Shown here one piece after another: positions 1 through 11,492 of a stretch of 64,000 nucleotides of DNA. This stretch comes from Eledone cirrhosa. Lineage: Eukaryota. The notes under the pieces are model-generated. The model had not been told where the DNA came from. It worked only from the letters and a program-made list of their open reading frames with translations, and did not search any database. Each line of letters opens with the position of its first letter. Positions within the stretch are counted from its first letter, which is position 1. The DNA lies in NCBI GenBank assembly GCA_964016885.1, contig OZ024740.1, positions 389,174,001 to 389,238,000 on the forward strand. The letters run 5' to 3'. The position numbers were made by a program, and so were the translations under genes.

Positions 1-1260
1 CATCCACAAACTTATGCAAGGCTTGAATATCGTAGTTTGTCATCTGAAACATTTCTTATGCTCCTTCCATTTCTTCATCTGGCTCTGAGACATCCCACAG
101 ATAGCTAATGTGCTATTCATTGCATGAACAGGATGGGACAAGTCGCAGAGAGCTTGATTGTAAATCTTGGGAGTACGTTCCATAGATACATCATGATGTC
201 TTCAGGCTGTGTATAGATAGTCATCCAACATATTGTTTTTGTTCTCCAACCAGAGTAGATGAGCTTCGTTAATTTCACATGTGAGCATAATAGCAAGCAA
301 CAGTCTTATTTGACTAGCTATGCACCTGAGATACTCAAATGGCATTGGTCCTCAGAAGGCAGTATGCAGAAGTAGCCGTAAATAAAAACACTCTCTGTTG
401 TTGTGGTGGACATTGTAAACAAACCCAATTGCATCACTTGCTTTGACTTCATGACCTTCCACTATATGACCCTGCTTCAATTCTCAGCATACAGGAGGGG
501 TTGAGAAAATTCATCATTCTGGCAGTGTCTAAAAAAAAGCAATTAAAGTAGTGTCGAGTGGTGCTTGTGCCAACTGATGAGCAGTGGTCTCAGTGAAGCA
601 GATGGACTGCTAAGTTGACAATTGTTGGGTGGCATTAGTGGATATCAGATCCAAAGACTTGCTAAATAGCTTCATGGCTGGATATGTATTGACATGTCTG
701 ACAGTGTTTAACATTATCCATCCCACCATCATTGAATTGCTTATCAGTAACAAAGGTAGCCATGTCACTGACCTTGTTGATATCTTTTGTGACATATAGT
801 ATTGATTTGATGGAGCTGCAATGCTCAAAATTGGTATGGGCTTAGTAGATTGTCTATGGCCAGTTCCTCTCCTCGAACTGTTAGGCTTACACTATTGCCT
901 CCATGTCTGATCTATGCCAATGATAAAGGGGATAGCCATCATTGTTCATCTGAGTTTCCTGAATAAAAACTCTAGGATAATTTCTGCTGCATTTTTGATC
1001 TTGCATGCTGGGAGAGCTGGATTGATGCCTCCACATGGACCATGGATGAGAGGCTGGATTGATGATTTCACAGGGACATGGATGAGTTTGGTCTTGATGG
1101 CTTCAAAGAGCTCTGGATTGCCATCTTTATTGGGCAACTTTGCTGAAATGATCTTATCATAATCTAGTCTTATCTTCTCCTTGCATCAGATTAGTGTGAG
1201 AGTGAGGAAGTCCTCTCGTCTGCCATTCAATAATAGTCATCCAGACACTAGGCTCACCAA
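1..1260 (-). mobile_element. Degenerate Helitron Rep/helicase coding remnant (runs off window start)
   Basis: Minus-strand translation across frameshifts gives Helitron Rep motifs: IEWQTRGLPHSH (HUH motif EWQKRGLPHxH), ISAKLPNKDGNPELF, HGPCGGINP..CM..KC..YP..F..ETQMNNDGYPLY, CSSIKSILYVTKDINK and ECFYLRLLL. Confidence 0.85.
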
Positions 1261-1653
1261 AGATTCTTCCTTCTTTAAAGAGACTTTTTTTATTTTGCTT
1301 TCCATGGAACACTCAAGCAATGTGGCCATGTTGGTGGTGTGAGGTTAGGTATGTGTGTGTGCATGTGTTTAGTCGAAAGACTGGTAATGTAATGTGGTAG
1401 TGGTCCGGAATATGGGTTAATGCTAAAAGAATTCAAAATGACAAAAGTTGAGGTATTTAGTCCTGTTGTCTGGTCAGTGGAAGTTGAGGTATTTAGTTCT
1501 GTAGTCTGGTCAGTGTTCACAGTGAAGTGTCAAAGTGCTGTCTTAAGTGTGTCTATGTCTCTGTATGTCTCAGTGTGTTTTGGTGTGTCAGTGTGTGTAT
1601 CTGCATGTGTTTCTCTGTGTGGATGTCCATCAGTGTGTGCCTGTCTGTGTCTC

Positions 1654-1693
<40 letters not shown>

Positions 1694-3401
1694 TTGGTGT
1701 GCCAGCCAAAGGGGAACCATCCATGCAAGCAAGGAAAAATGGGTTTGGTTGCAGAAAATAGATATAAATGTTTGGTTGGAGAGGTTAGGCGTAACACTGC
1801 ATGCATGCCTCTTTTCTTACTTCTAATGTACAGAGTGTCTCTTCTCTATATCTTCTAACAGTGGGACCACCAAAGTGAAAAATGTATAGCAATATCTTCC
1901 ACATGAGAAAAACTGATGTTGCTCCCTTTAAAGTAGTCTACACCCAGCTGGTCTTTGAACTGTTTCTTTGGTCCCACAGATATGTGTTGATTATGGTGTA
2001 TGTAGCTGACCATAAAGGATTCTATGCAAAGAGTGATGCAACTCAGATATAGTGAGCTTCACATTGCCAAGCCATCTCAGTTGATGCCTGTATAGTGTGG
2101 ATTCAATGCTACTTACTGGTCATTGTTCAGAAAATAAATTGGTATGTATAGTCCTATCTTAGCAGGTGACTAAATAGACAGATCTTCAGGAGACACTGGA
2201 AACAGACACATACACACACATACATACACATTTGCATATACACATATATATATACGAACAGAAACACATTCACAAAGAGTGTCAGACACAAAATATTTTG
2301 TAGTATTACTTACTACATCTCTTTCTAAGTTCAAACACCCACCAACCACCCAACTCTACTTCATTTTTCAGCCTTTAGAAATCAATAGAATCGATAAATA
2401 AATACTTATATACTGGTCAATTAAATATGGTAGGTAGGTATTAAAGAAGAAAGAAAAAAAGCATGTTTAAAATATTTAACCTATTATTTACTATATAACA
2501 CTGGTGTCTCTGGAATGTCAAAATTGTTATCTACAAAGCAGTTTACTAATAAATCTGTCTACCAAATAACAAGAGCTCACTCTCACTCCCAGTAAATATT
2601 ATGATGAACATAATCCAGTAACAATTAAGAAAAACCACACTACATAAAATAATATACAACATCAATAATTAGACTATTTAATATCTATGTATATCATCAT
2701 CATCATCATCGTTTGTATATATATATATATTTCTAATGTTCAGTTGAGAGTAGCAAGTCAGAAATGAAGTAACTTTTAAATAGTAAAGCTATTTATTACA
2801 AAATAGCTGAGTATAGCCAGAAGTACTAATTTCATAGAGGTATGTGATACACACAGGCATTAAAACACACACACACACAGTCAACAATGTCCACATACAT
2901 ACACTGTAACATATTGACAATAACAACCTACACTATCATAATAGACAACACATACATTCACAATAGGGAACAACCCACACATTGATAGTCGGTAACATAT
3001 ACAAATGACAGCAACAACAAATACATGAATGTCCTCTTCTGTGGTTGAAGTGGTCCATACCATAGTTTTGCTGGTCCAAGGCAGTTTCATAAGACATCCT
3101 TAATTTTTTTTTTTACATAAGACAATTTCATATCTAAATTATATTTACGTGCATGATTAATTTCTTCAGTTAAAATATTTATGCTCTATTGTGTTACATA
3201 ATGTAATTTTCCTTGCAGATTTTATGGATCGCTTTCTGAAAACAATTTAGGTTATATACTTATTTATTTTAACCACAAGGATATAATGTTGTTGTAGTGG
3301 TTTAGCCCCTGGTCAACCTTAATTGGTCAGGCCCATGATGAAAAGTGTTCCAACCATGATCATCTTGCTTTTTCTTTTTAGACTCATCCATAATCTTTTA
3401 A

Positions 3402-3591
3402 CCCTTTAGCATTTAAACCGGCCATATCCGGCCAGAATTCTCTCACCTCTTTCTCTTCAAATGAGCTATCATCGGCTGCTCATATTGATGTTCTCAAAAT
3501 AAATACTAAAATCTCAGATTTGATATTATGTGAGGTAAAGTCTTTACCATGAAAATAATAGTAAATATAGAGTAGTGTAAATGCTAAAGGA
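3402..3591. mobile_element. piggyBac-type MITE
   Basis: TTAA on both sides (3398-3401, 3592-3595); terminal inverted repeat CCCTTTAGCATTTA / TAAATGCTAAAGGA. Confidence 0.7.
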
Positions 3592-3906
3592 TTAAAACAG
3601 TAGGATGTAATTTGAATCTGATTTTACTGCTATTTCTAGCAAGTTCAGCGACCACATACGAGCTCCCCTTATTTATTTCATATGATTGTCTGACAGTCAG
3701 GCAAAGTTCATATGATGTCATCAGTATAACAGTCCATGATCAATGAATTGAACTGACAACAGCCAAGTTTACTTAAATAAATGTGGGTAGCAGAATGAGG
3801 GAATAGTTCACTGATTATATAGCACAAGCCATATATTGTTAACCCAAATTGCATTGTGTATGAGTAAATATTTTGGAGCTGTCAGTCTTGTACCATTTCA
3901 TGCATA

Positions 3907-4843
3907 CATCATCATCATCATCATCATCATCGTTTAACGTCTATCTTCCACGCTAGCATGGGTTTAGATGGGAATTGTCCCACTTGAGGCAAGATTGGTT
4001 GTCTTACTCATATAAGACTGTCTGGCAGGTGTTCTACGGCTGGATGCCCTTCCTAACACCAACCACGTCTACAGTGTAGACTGGGAGGATTTTACCGTGT
4101 TACCTACACGGCCACATTACAGCGTGGACTGTGTGTTTTTTTGTTGTTGTGACACCTACACAACCCCATTTATTTAGGACTGGATGTTGTGGTACCAACA
4201 TAATTTTACAGAGAAAGGGGTAGTGAGAAGGGGTGTATTTTTGGTTAAGAGGTGCCTACTGACTGTAGGTTTCACTTTGTACTTAGGCAAGGCGGGTCTT
4301 CTGTATTACTGCGTAGCGCCAAAGATCTCGGTCCAGTGACATTGTCTTGGAGAGGTGTAAGTGTGTAAGGTCGGAATTAATCAAATCGTCCCAGGTTTTT
4401 CTGGGTCTGCCTACTCCGTGGCTTCCATCAATTTTGATCGCCCTGCACTTTTTTATACAGCTGTCATCTTTCATGCGCATCTCGTGACCATACCAACGTA
4501 GTCTTCTCTCGAGTAAACAGCATCTTATTCCTCTTATTCCTAATTTCTCACTTAGTTCATTAATGCTTTGCCGTTCACGTATATTACTATTACACATCCA
4601 ACGGAGCATGCAAGCTTTGTTCCTCTCCAGTCTGCACACATCCTCTGCACACAATGCCCATGTCTCACTTCCATGTAACATTGCTGTTCGTATGCAGGCA
4701 TCATACAGTCTGCCTTTCATTTTTAGAGAGAAACCTTTAGCGACCAAAAGTGGTATAAGCTCACTGAACTTTTTCCATCCCGTTCTGACTCTGGCTACTG
4801 TACTTTCAGAGCACCCTCCACCACTGCTGATTTTGTCACCCAG
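3907..4843 (-). mobile_element. 5'-truncated RTE-clade LINE (C-terminal ORF2 + 3' UTR + (GAT)n tail)
   Basis: ORF 4283-4930 contains YLGDKIS..ARVRTGWKKF..LHGSETW..RRLRWYGH..GRPRKTW, typical of the RTE RT C-terminus; (CAT)n on + at 3907-3930 is the 3' tail. Confidence 0.9.
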
Positions 4844-5428
4844 GTACATGTATAGTATCATACCAGGGAGGAAGGCAGTATTGTCAATTGTGTGAGCATG
4901 CATGTGTATGTACATGTGTATGGATATCATCAGAAATCAATGAAAAACTGAGTAGCAGACTACACAGAATCAACATTGAATATTATTTCACTCAATGGTA
5001 CTGAATATTTATTCAATGCAATGTAATTACATCAGTGTGTATATTATATGATCATCATCATTTAACATCCACTTTCCCTGCTAGCAAAGGTTGTAGGGGG
5101 GTCTTCACAGACAGAGTAAGTATTGAAGTGGGTATACTGACCTTCCAGACAGGTCAGAAGTTTGCATCATGCTTACATATGGCCCCACACTTTACTGAGT
5201 GCATTTTATCATGGAACCAACACTAGAACAGACAACTGAAAGGGCCTCCCAAACATTTGTTTGGCAAGTTTTCTCTGGCTGGATGCCTTTCCTATCATCA
5301 ATCATTTTACTGTGTGTACTAGTTGCGTTTAGCACTAGGGAGATTGTCATTATCCTCAACACATCTGAATGGTCCTGGATACCCTACCTATCACCTACCA
5401 CTTTACAGCATATATTAAATTTATAATT

Positions 5429-5477
<49 letters not shown>

Positions 5478-5738
5478 CAAATGTAGAAACAATTATATTA
5501 ATTATATTATATTGTATTATATTATAATATATTATATTATATAAGTATGTATACGTACATACATATATGTATACAGACGTACAGTAGTATGTATATATAT
5601 ACATACATGCACACATATATATGGATTCACCGAACATTTATTATAATGCTCAGTGTGTTTGTAAACAAACATCCCGAATTAATCCGTACAGTGTCTAGCA
5701 ACCATCGTTGCTCATTTGTTCAACACTGACAAAGGAAT

Positions 5739-5777
5739 GCTGTACTAGTTTCAAGCTTATTAGCTATCATCAGCAAC
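5739..5777 (-). ncRNA. Minimal type-I hammerhead ribozyme
   Basis: GTTG-CTGATGA-T-AGCT(AATA)AGCT-T-GAA-ACTAGT-A/CAGC: stem I GTTG/CAGC, palindromic stem III ACTAGT, GUA cleavage triplet. Confidence 0.75.
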
Positions 5778-6169
5778 GTATACCTTCCTGCCAGATGATT
5801 GAACGTCTGAAAGTATATACTTTCCTTATGCATATTAACGGCTGAGAAGCCTAATTTGCATATCGAGTGAGTTAATTGGCCGGGCACACCGAAAACGATA
5901 AACAGAAAAAAATGAAACAAAATTTCATATATATATACATACTACTGTACGTCTGTATACATATATGTATGTACGTATACATACTTATATTTAAGTAACA
6001 GCCGTACTAAGAGTGAGAAATGAAATTTCGTTTCATTTTTTCCGTTTATCGTTTTCGGTGCGCCCGGCCGATTAACTCATTCGATATGCAAATTAGGCTT
6101 CTCAGCCGTTAATATGCATAAGGAAAGTATATACTTTCAGACGTTCAATCATCTGGCAGGAAGGTATAC

Positions 6170-6208
6170 ATTGCTGACGATAGCTAATAAGCTTGAAACT
6201 AGTACAGC
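6170..6208 (+). ncRNA. Minimal type-I hammerhead ribozyme (mirror copy)
   Basis: TTG-CTGACGA-T-AGCT(AATA)AGCT-T-GAA-ACTAGT-A/CAG; the core differs from the other copy only at variable position 7. Confidence 0.7.
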
Positions 6209-6665
6209 ATTCCTTTGTCAGTGTTGAACAACTGAGCAACGATGGTTGCTAGACACTGTACGGATTAATTCGGGATGTTTGTTTACAAACACACTGAGCA
6301 TTATAATAAATGTTCGGTGAATCCATACGTACATATATATATGTGTGCATGTATGTATATATATATACATACTACTGTACGTCTGTATACATATATGTAT
6401 GTACGTATACATACTTATATTTAAGTAACTGCCGTACTAAGAGTGAGAAATGAAATTTCGTTTCATTTTTTACGTATATTATATTATATTATATTAATTA
6501 TATTAATTATATTATATTATATTATATTATATTAATTATATTAATTATATTATTTATATTAATTATATTATATTATATTATATTATATTATATTATATCA
6601 TATAATATATTATATTATATTATATCATATATTATTATATTATATTATATTATATTATATTATAC

Positions 6666-6765
6666 AGAGGTTAACTTTACCTTTCATCCTTACGGGGTCG
6701 ATAAAATAAAGTACCAGTAATGCACTGGGTAATTTGCTGGCCTTGTGCCAAAAAGTAGAAACAAT
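6666..6765 (+). mobile_element. 3' fragment of tRNA-derived SINE
   Basis: CTTTCATCCTTACGGGGTCGATAAAATAAAGTACCAGT central block shared with many copies in the window. Confidence 0.8.
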
Positions 6766-6848
6766 TATATTATATAATATTATATTATAATATATTAATT
6801 ATATTAATTATATTATATTATATTACATTATATTAATTATATTAATTA

Positions 6849-7519
6849 TCATCATCATCATCATCATCGTTTAACGTCCATCTTCCACGCTTGCATGGGT
6901 TTGGACGGTAGTTTTCCCATTGAGGCAAGATTGGTTGTCCTGTTCGTATAGGACTGTCTGGCGGGTTTTCTACGGTTGGATGCCCTTCCTAACACCAACC
7001 ACGTTTACAGTGTGGACTGGGAGGTTTTTACCGTGTTACCTACACGGCCACATTACAGTGTAGACTGTGTGTTTTTTTTTGTCGTGACACCTACACATCT
7101 GGCGGGTTTTCTACGGCTGGGTGCCCTTCCCAACACCAACCACGTTTACAGTGTGAACTGGGAGGTTTTTACCGTGTTACCTACACGGCCTCATTACAGC
7201 GTGGACTGTGTGTTTTTTTTTGTCGTGACACCTACACGACCTCATTAGTTTGGACTGGATGTTGTGGTACCAACATAACTTCACATTTAAGGGGGTGGTG
7301 TGGATGGGGTGGGGGTAGTGGGACGGGGGTGTATTTTTGTTAGAGGTGCCTACTGACTGTAGGTTTCGCTTTGTACTTAGGCAAGGCGGGTCTTCTGTAT
7401 AACTGTGTAGCGCCAAAGATCTCGGTCCAATGACATTGTCTTGGAGAGGTGTAAGTGTGTGGGGTCGGAATTTATCAAGTCGTCCCAGGTTTTTCTGGGT
7501 CTGCCTACTCCGTGGCTAC
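6849..7519 (-). mobile_element. RTE LINE 3' end with ~140-bp internal duplication
   Basis: Homologous to 3907-4420; (CAT)n tail at 6849; 6957-7097 is repeated at 7098-7237. Confidence 0.85.
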
Positions 7520-7873
7520 CAATCCATTACCCCTACCCTATCCTACCACTCCCACCAACACCACCCTCTCTCTATAAAGTTGGTACCACAGCATTCAGTC
7601 CAAATAAATGAGATAATGAGATCGAGATCAAGATCGTGTAAGTGTCACGAGAAAAATGTGGTCGTGTAGGTAACACGGTCAAAAGTTCCCAGTTCCACAC
7701 TGTAAATGTAGTTGGTGTTAGGAAGGGCATCCAACTGTAGAAAACCTGCCAGATAGTCCTATATGAGCGAGACACGGTCACCCGACCAACCTTGCCTCAA
7801 GTGGAACAACTCCCGTCTAACCCATGCTAGTGTGGAAAATGGATGTTAAACGAAGATGATGATGATGATGATG

Positions 7874-7875
<2 letters not shown>
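7520..7875 (+). mobile_element. RTE LINE 3' UTR in opposite orientation
   Basis: Reverse-complement homology to the RTE 3' UTR; ends in (GAT)n at 7855-7875. Confidence 0.8.
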
Positions 7876-7911
<36 letters not shown>

Positions 7912-7917
7912 CACATA

Positions 7918-9215
7918 TGAGGTGTGTTAGAAAAGAAACATGACTAGAGTCGCAAAAAAAGAAATTTCAAATCTAAATAATAAACTACAAGTTTTCTTCA
8001 TCAAAATAATCCTCCACGAGTATAACACCTTCCCATTCTTATCTGCCATTCCTCGACTCCTGGAATGATTCTCCCAGAATTCTCTGTAGCTCCATCATCA
8101 CAGCCCTCTTTATGGCTTCCACATCTAGAAAATGGGTCCATTTGATAATCCACTTGAGCTTGGGGAAAAGGAAAAAAAATCACACAGAGCCAGGTCAGGT
8201 GAGTAGAGCGGTTGCTCCAACATGGCGATGTTCATTTCGGCCAGCAACTGCTGAATGCTCAGAGAATTGTCAGCCAGCATGTTGTCATGGTGAAGCAGCC
8301 ACAAATTGTCCTGCTACAACTCTCACTTCTCATGCACTGAACGAAGCAAACACTACAGGATTTCTTTGAAGACATGTTGGTTGATCATCTGGACTGGTGG
8401 CAAAAACTATGTGGGCGATGCCCCTTACATCAAAGAATGCAATCAACATGGGTTTGACTTTTGACTTCGGCTGTTTTGCTTTCTTCGGCCGAGGTAACTC
8501 TCGACTCATTCACTGATGGCTCTGGTACTTCGTCTCCAGGTTGTACTTGAAGATCCATGACTTCACCGGTGAAGACTCTCCCCAGCAAATCTGATTCAAT
8601 TTCAAGATAGTCAAGGATGTCCTGACACACCTACCTGTACCGCTCCTTCTGGTCATTGTTCAGCAGCTTCAGCACCACCTTAATGCAGATCTTCCACACA
8701 CCCAAATATTCAGTAATAATCTTCTAATCACTGTTACAGTTCCTGCCTAGCTCACTCGTGATCAGTCAGTCAGCTGATGATCAGCATGTGCAACCTGCCT
8801 CACATGCTCAACATTGGCTTCAGTCCTGCTCGTTGAAGGCTTTCTGCTCCTGGGGTTATCTTCCACATCCTCACGTCCCTCTTAATCTTTTATGCCACTC
8901 AAAAATCTGTGAGCGTGACATTGTCTCATCTCCGTACACTTTCTGCAATATTCCAAGTACTTCTGACAGACTTTTCCCCAGCCAGACCAGGAACTTCAGG
9001 CTGGTTTGTTGCTCTGTGCCCATCAGTCGATGGTCTAAAATTGAGGAGCTGTTAACAAAAGCATGTGAAAAAAACATACAATAGCTGCAGAGAGTTGAGA
9101 TAGCAGTTATATTCTCCCAAATATTACACCATATGGTGACATAACCCACTAATCCCTACCCCACTCACAGCTCACAGAGCACACTTTAGTCCTGTTACTT
9201 TTCTAACACACCTTC
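7918..9215 (-). mobile_element. Degenerate full-length mariner (Tc1/mariner) transposon
   Basis: ~29-bp TIRs (GAGGTGTGTTAGAAAAG.. / ..CTTTTCTAACACACCTTC) flanked by TA; ~1.3 kb; minus-strand EQQTSLKFLVWLGKS..LQKVYGDETMSRSQIFEWHKR is the mariner N-terminal HTH. Confidence 0.85.
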
Positions 9216-9306
9216 TATGTACTTATCCATGCAAACATATCAGTATTCATACACACATATGTATACACACATTATATATGTACACACACATGTATATAAC
9301 ACACAC

Positions 9307-9338
<32 letters not shown>

Positions 9339-9525
9339 TGAGTTATCTTCAGTTTATTTTTCATGATAAACAGCAATAAATATTTTAACAAAAATAATAT
9401 TTTGTAACTTTAGATATATTACTCAAATTAGAAGAAAAAATTATGAATGTAGACATTATATCAAGTTGTAAAGAACCATTGTAATAGTGGAACAAAAAAG
9501 CCTTTGAAAGCAGGCCAAACTTTAC

Positions 9526-9799
9526 CCTGTTCCAATTTCTGATAATATAGCAGAAGATAGTTTAAATAGTCTGTTATTGATTGTATCCTTTTGACATAGA
9601 ATTTTCAGAAAACTGCAATTTTTATACAAAGATTCCAGATCCCAGATATATTTGTTGTTGATGTTGTTTAAAAACAAATCAGCATTGACTGAGTGACCTA
9701 TGATCAAAAGAATTCCAACCAACACCATTCCATCATAATCATTTTCTCAGACATTTTTTAATTTAAAACTACAGTATTGAATGTTGTCTTAGATATCTT
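9526..9799 (-). pseudogene. Candidate host exon (unidentified; possibly first coding exon or pseudo-exon)
   Basis: Non-repeat-looking sequence with a pyrimidine-rich acceptor (..cttgctctcattttaaag) and donor GG|gtaaag; frame MVLVGILLIIGHSVNA..EIGTG is open from 9728, with in-frame stops upstream. Confidence 0.3.
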
Positions 9800-10236
9800 C
9801 TTTAAAATGAGAGCAAGTGAGTAAAGAGAAATTTGGCTACTGTTTCTAACAACTCTAACACTCACATAGAGGGTCCTTTGTTGATTAGCACATAAATTGT
9901 GATCTCTAAATACGAGATTATACAGCAAATTATATCTAAATATGGGATTATACAGCAAATATTGCAAGGTATCATTTCACTTTGGCAATTTCCTTTCTCA
10001 GTATAAGCAGACAAGGGAGACTTCACTGTTGCTCCACCTGCAAGAAATAGCAGCCAAATTTCCATCCTTTCAAACACAATCACCTAAAAAATGTAGACAT
10101 ATTTATAGATCAAGATGGTTACAGCTGGAATGCTTTTGATCATTGATCAGAGCAGACTTCAATTAAACAATTCTTTCAAGTTACATTCCGAGTTCAAAAT
10201 ATATGACATATATCATATATATATATATATATATAT

Positions 10237-11492
10237 CATCATCATCATCATCATCATCAACGTTTAACGTCCGTGTTCCACGCTTGCATGGGTTTAGACG
10301 GGGGTAGTCCCACTTGAGGCAAGAGTGATTGTCTTGCTCGCATAGGACTGTCTGGCAGGTTTTCTACAGTTGGATGCCCTTCCTAACACCAACCACATTT
10401 ACAGTGTGGGTCTGGGAGGTTTTTACCGTGTTGCCTACACGGCCACATTACAGCGTGGACTGTGTGTTTTTTTGTCGTGACACCTACACGATCTCATTTG
10501 TTTCGGCCTCGATGGCGCGGCACCAACATAACTTTACATAGAACGGGTGGTGTGGATCGGGTGGGGGTGGTGGTGGTGGGACGGGGTGTATTTTGTTAGA
10601 GATGCCTACTGGCTGGAGTAGGTTTTACTATATATTTAGGTAAGGCGGGTCTTCTCTGTTACTGAGTACCGCCAAAGGTCTCGGTCCAGTGACATTGTCT
10701 TGGAGAGGTGCAAGTGTGTGATGTCGGAGTTTATCAGCTCGTCCCAGGTTTTTCTAGGTCTGCCTATTCCGTGACTACCGTCTATCTTTATTGCCCTGCA
10801 CTTTGTTATACAGCTATCGACTTTCATGCGCATCACGTGTCCATACCAACGTAGCCTTCTCTCGAGTAAACAACATCTGATCCCTCTTATCTCTAATTTT
10901 TTCCTTAGTTCGTTTATGCTTTGCCGTTCACGTATATTACTGTTACACATCCAGCGGAGCATGCAAGCTTCGTTCCTCTCTAGTCTGCGTATATCCTCTG
11001 CACACAATGCCCAGGTCTCACTGCCATGCAGCATTGCTGTTCGTATGCAGGCATCGTACAACCTGCCTTTCATTTTTAGTGAGAACCCTTTAGCAGCTAA
11101 TAGTGGTATAAGCTCTCTGAACTTTTTCCAACCAGTTCTGACTCTAGCTACAGTACTTTCAGAGCACCCTCCCCCACTGCTGATTTTATCGCCCAGGTAA
11201 CGGAAGCTGTCCACTATTTCTATAGAACCCTCTGCGCAATTGAAAGAGCTAGTATTTTGTGGGCACTTGCTGCTACTTATTGCACCAGAGCACCGGCCAC
11301 ATGTAAAATCTATGTTCTTAGTTAGCTTACCTGTGATCCCACTACATCTTTTATGCACCCATACTTTGCATTTAGGACATAAAATGGAGTTTCTACCTAC
11401 GCCTTTCCTACACACCGAGCACGACCATTTCCCAGAAGGGACCGCCGCCTTGTTTTCTTTCCTACAAACTAGTACTTTGGTCTTAGCCAGGT
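10237..11492 (-). mobile_element. 5'-truncated RTE-clade LINE with PHD-type finger inside the RT region
   Basis: ORF 10636-11415 is the RTE RT C-terminus; C4HC3 motif lies between KTKVLV and FRYLG; (CAT)n tail at 10237. Confidence 0.9.

Larger units (their letters stand above)
5540..6470 (+). mobile_element. Non-coding hammerhead-containing element (retrozyme / non-autonomous PLE-like): ~430-bp terminally redundant unit preceded by an inverted ~390-bp copy
   Basis: 5540-5927 is the reverse complement of ~6020-6420; 5930-6040 is repeated at 6360-6470 (period 430 bp); each copy has an HHR; flanked by (ATATT)n. Confidence 0.75.

Noticed and set aside
574-600. CTGATGA..GAAG as hammerhead
   Set aside because: Lies on the antisense of the Helitron coding remnant with no supporting stems.
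6086-6093. Octamer ATGCAAAT as snRNA-type enhancer in the retrozyme-like unit
   Set aside because: Single 8-mer in AT-rich DNA with no recognisable PSE; could be chance.
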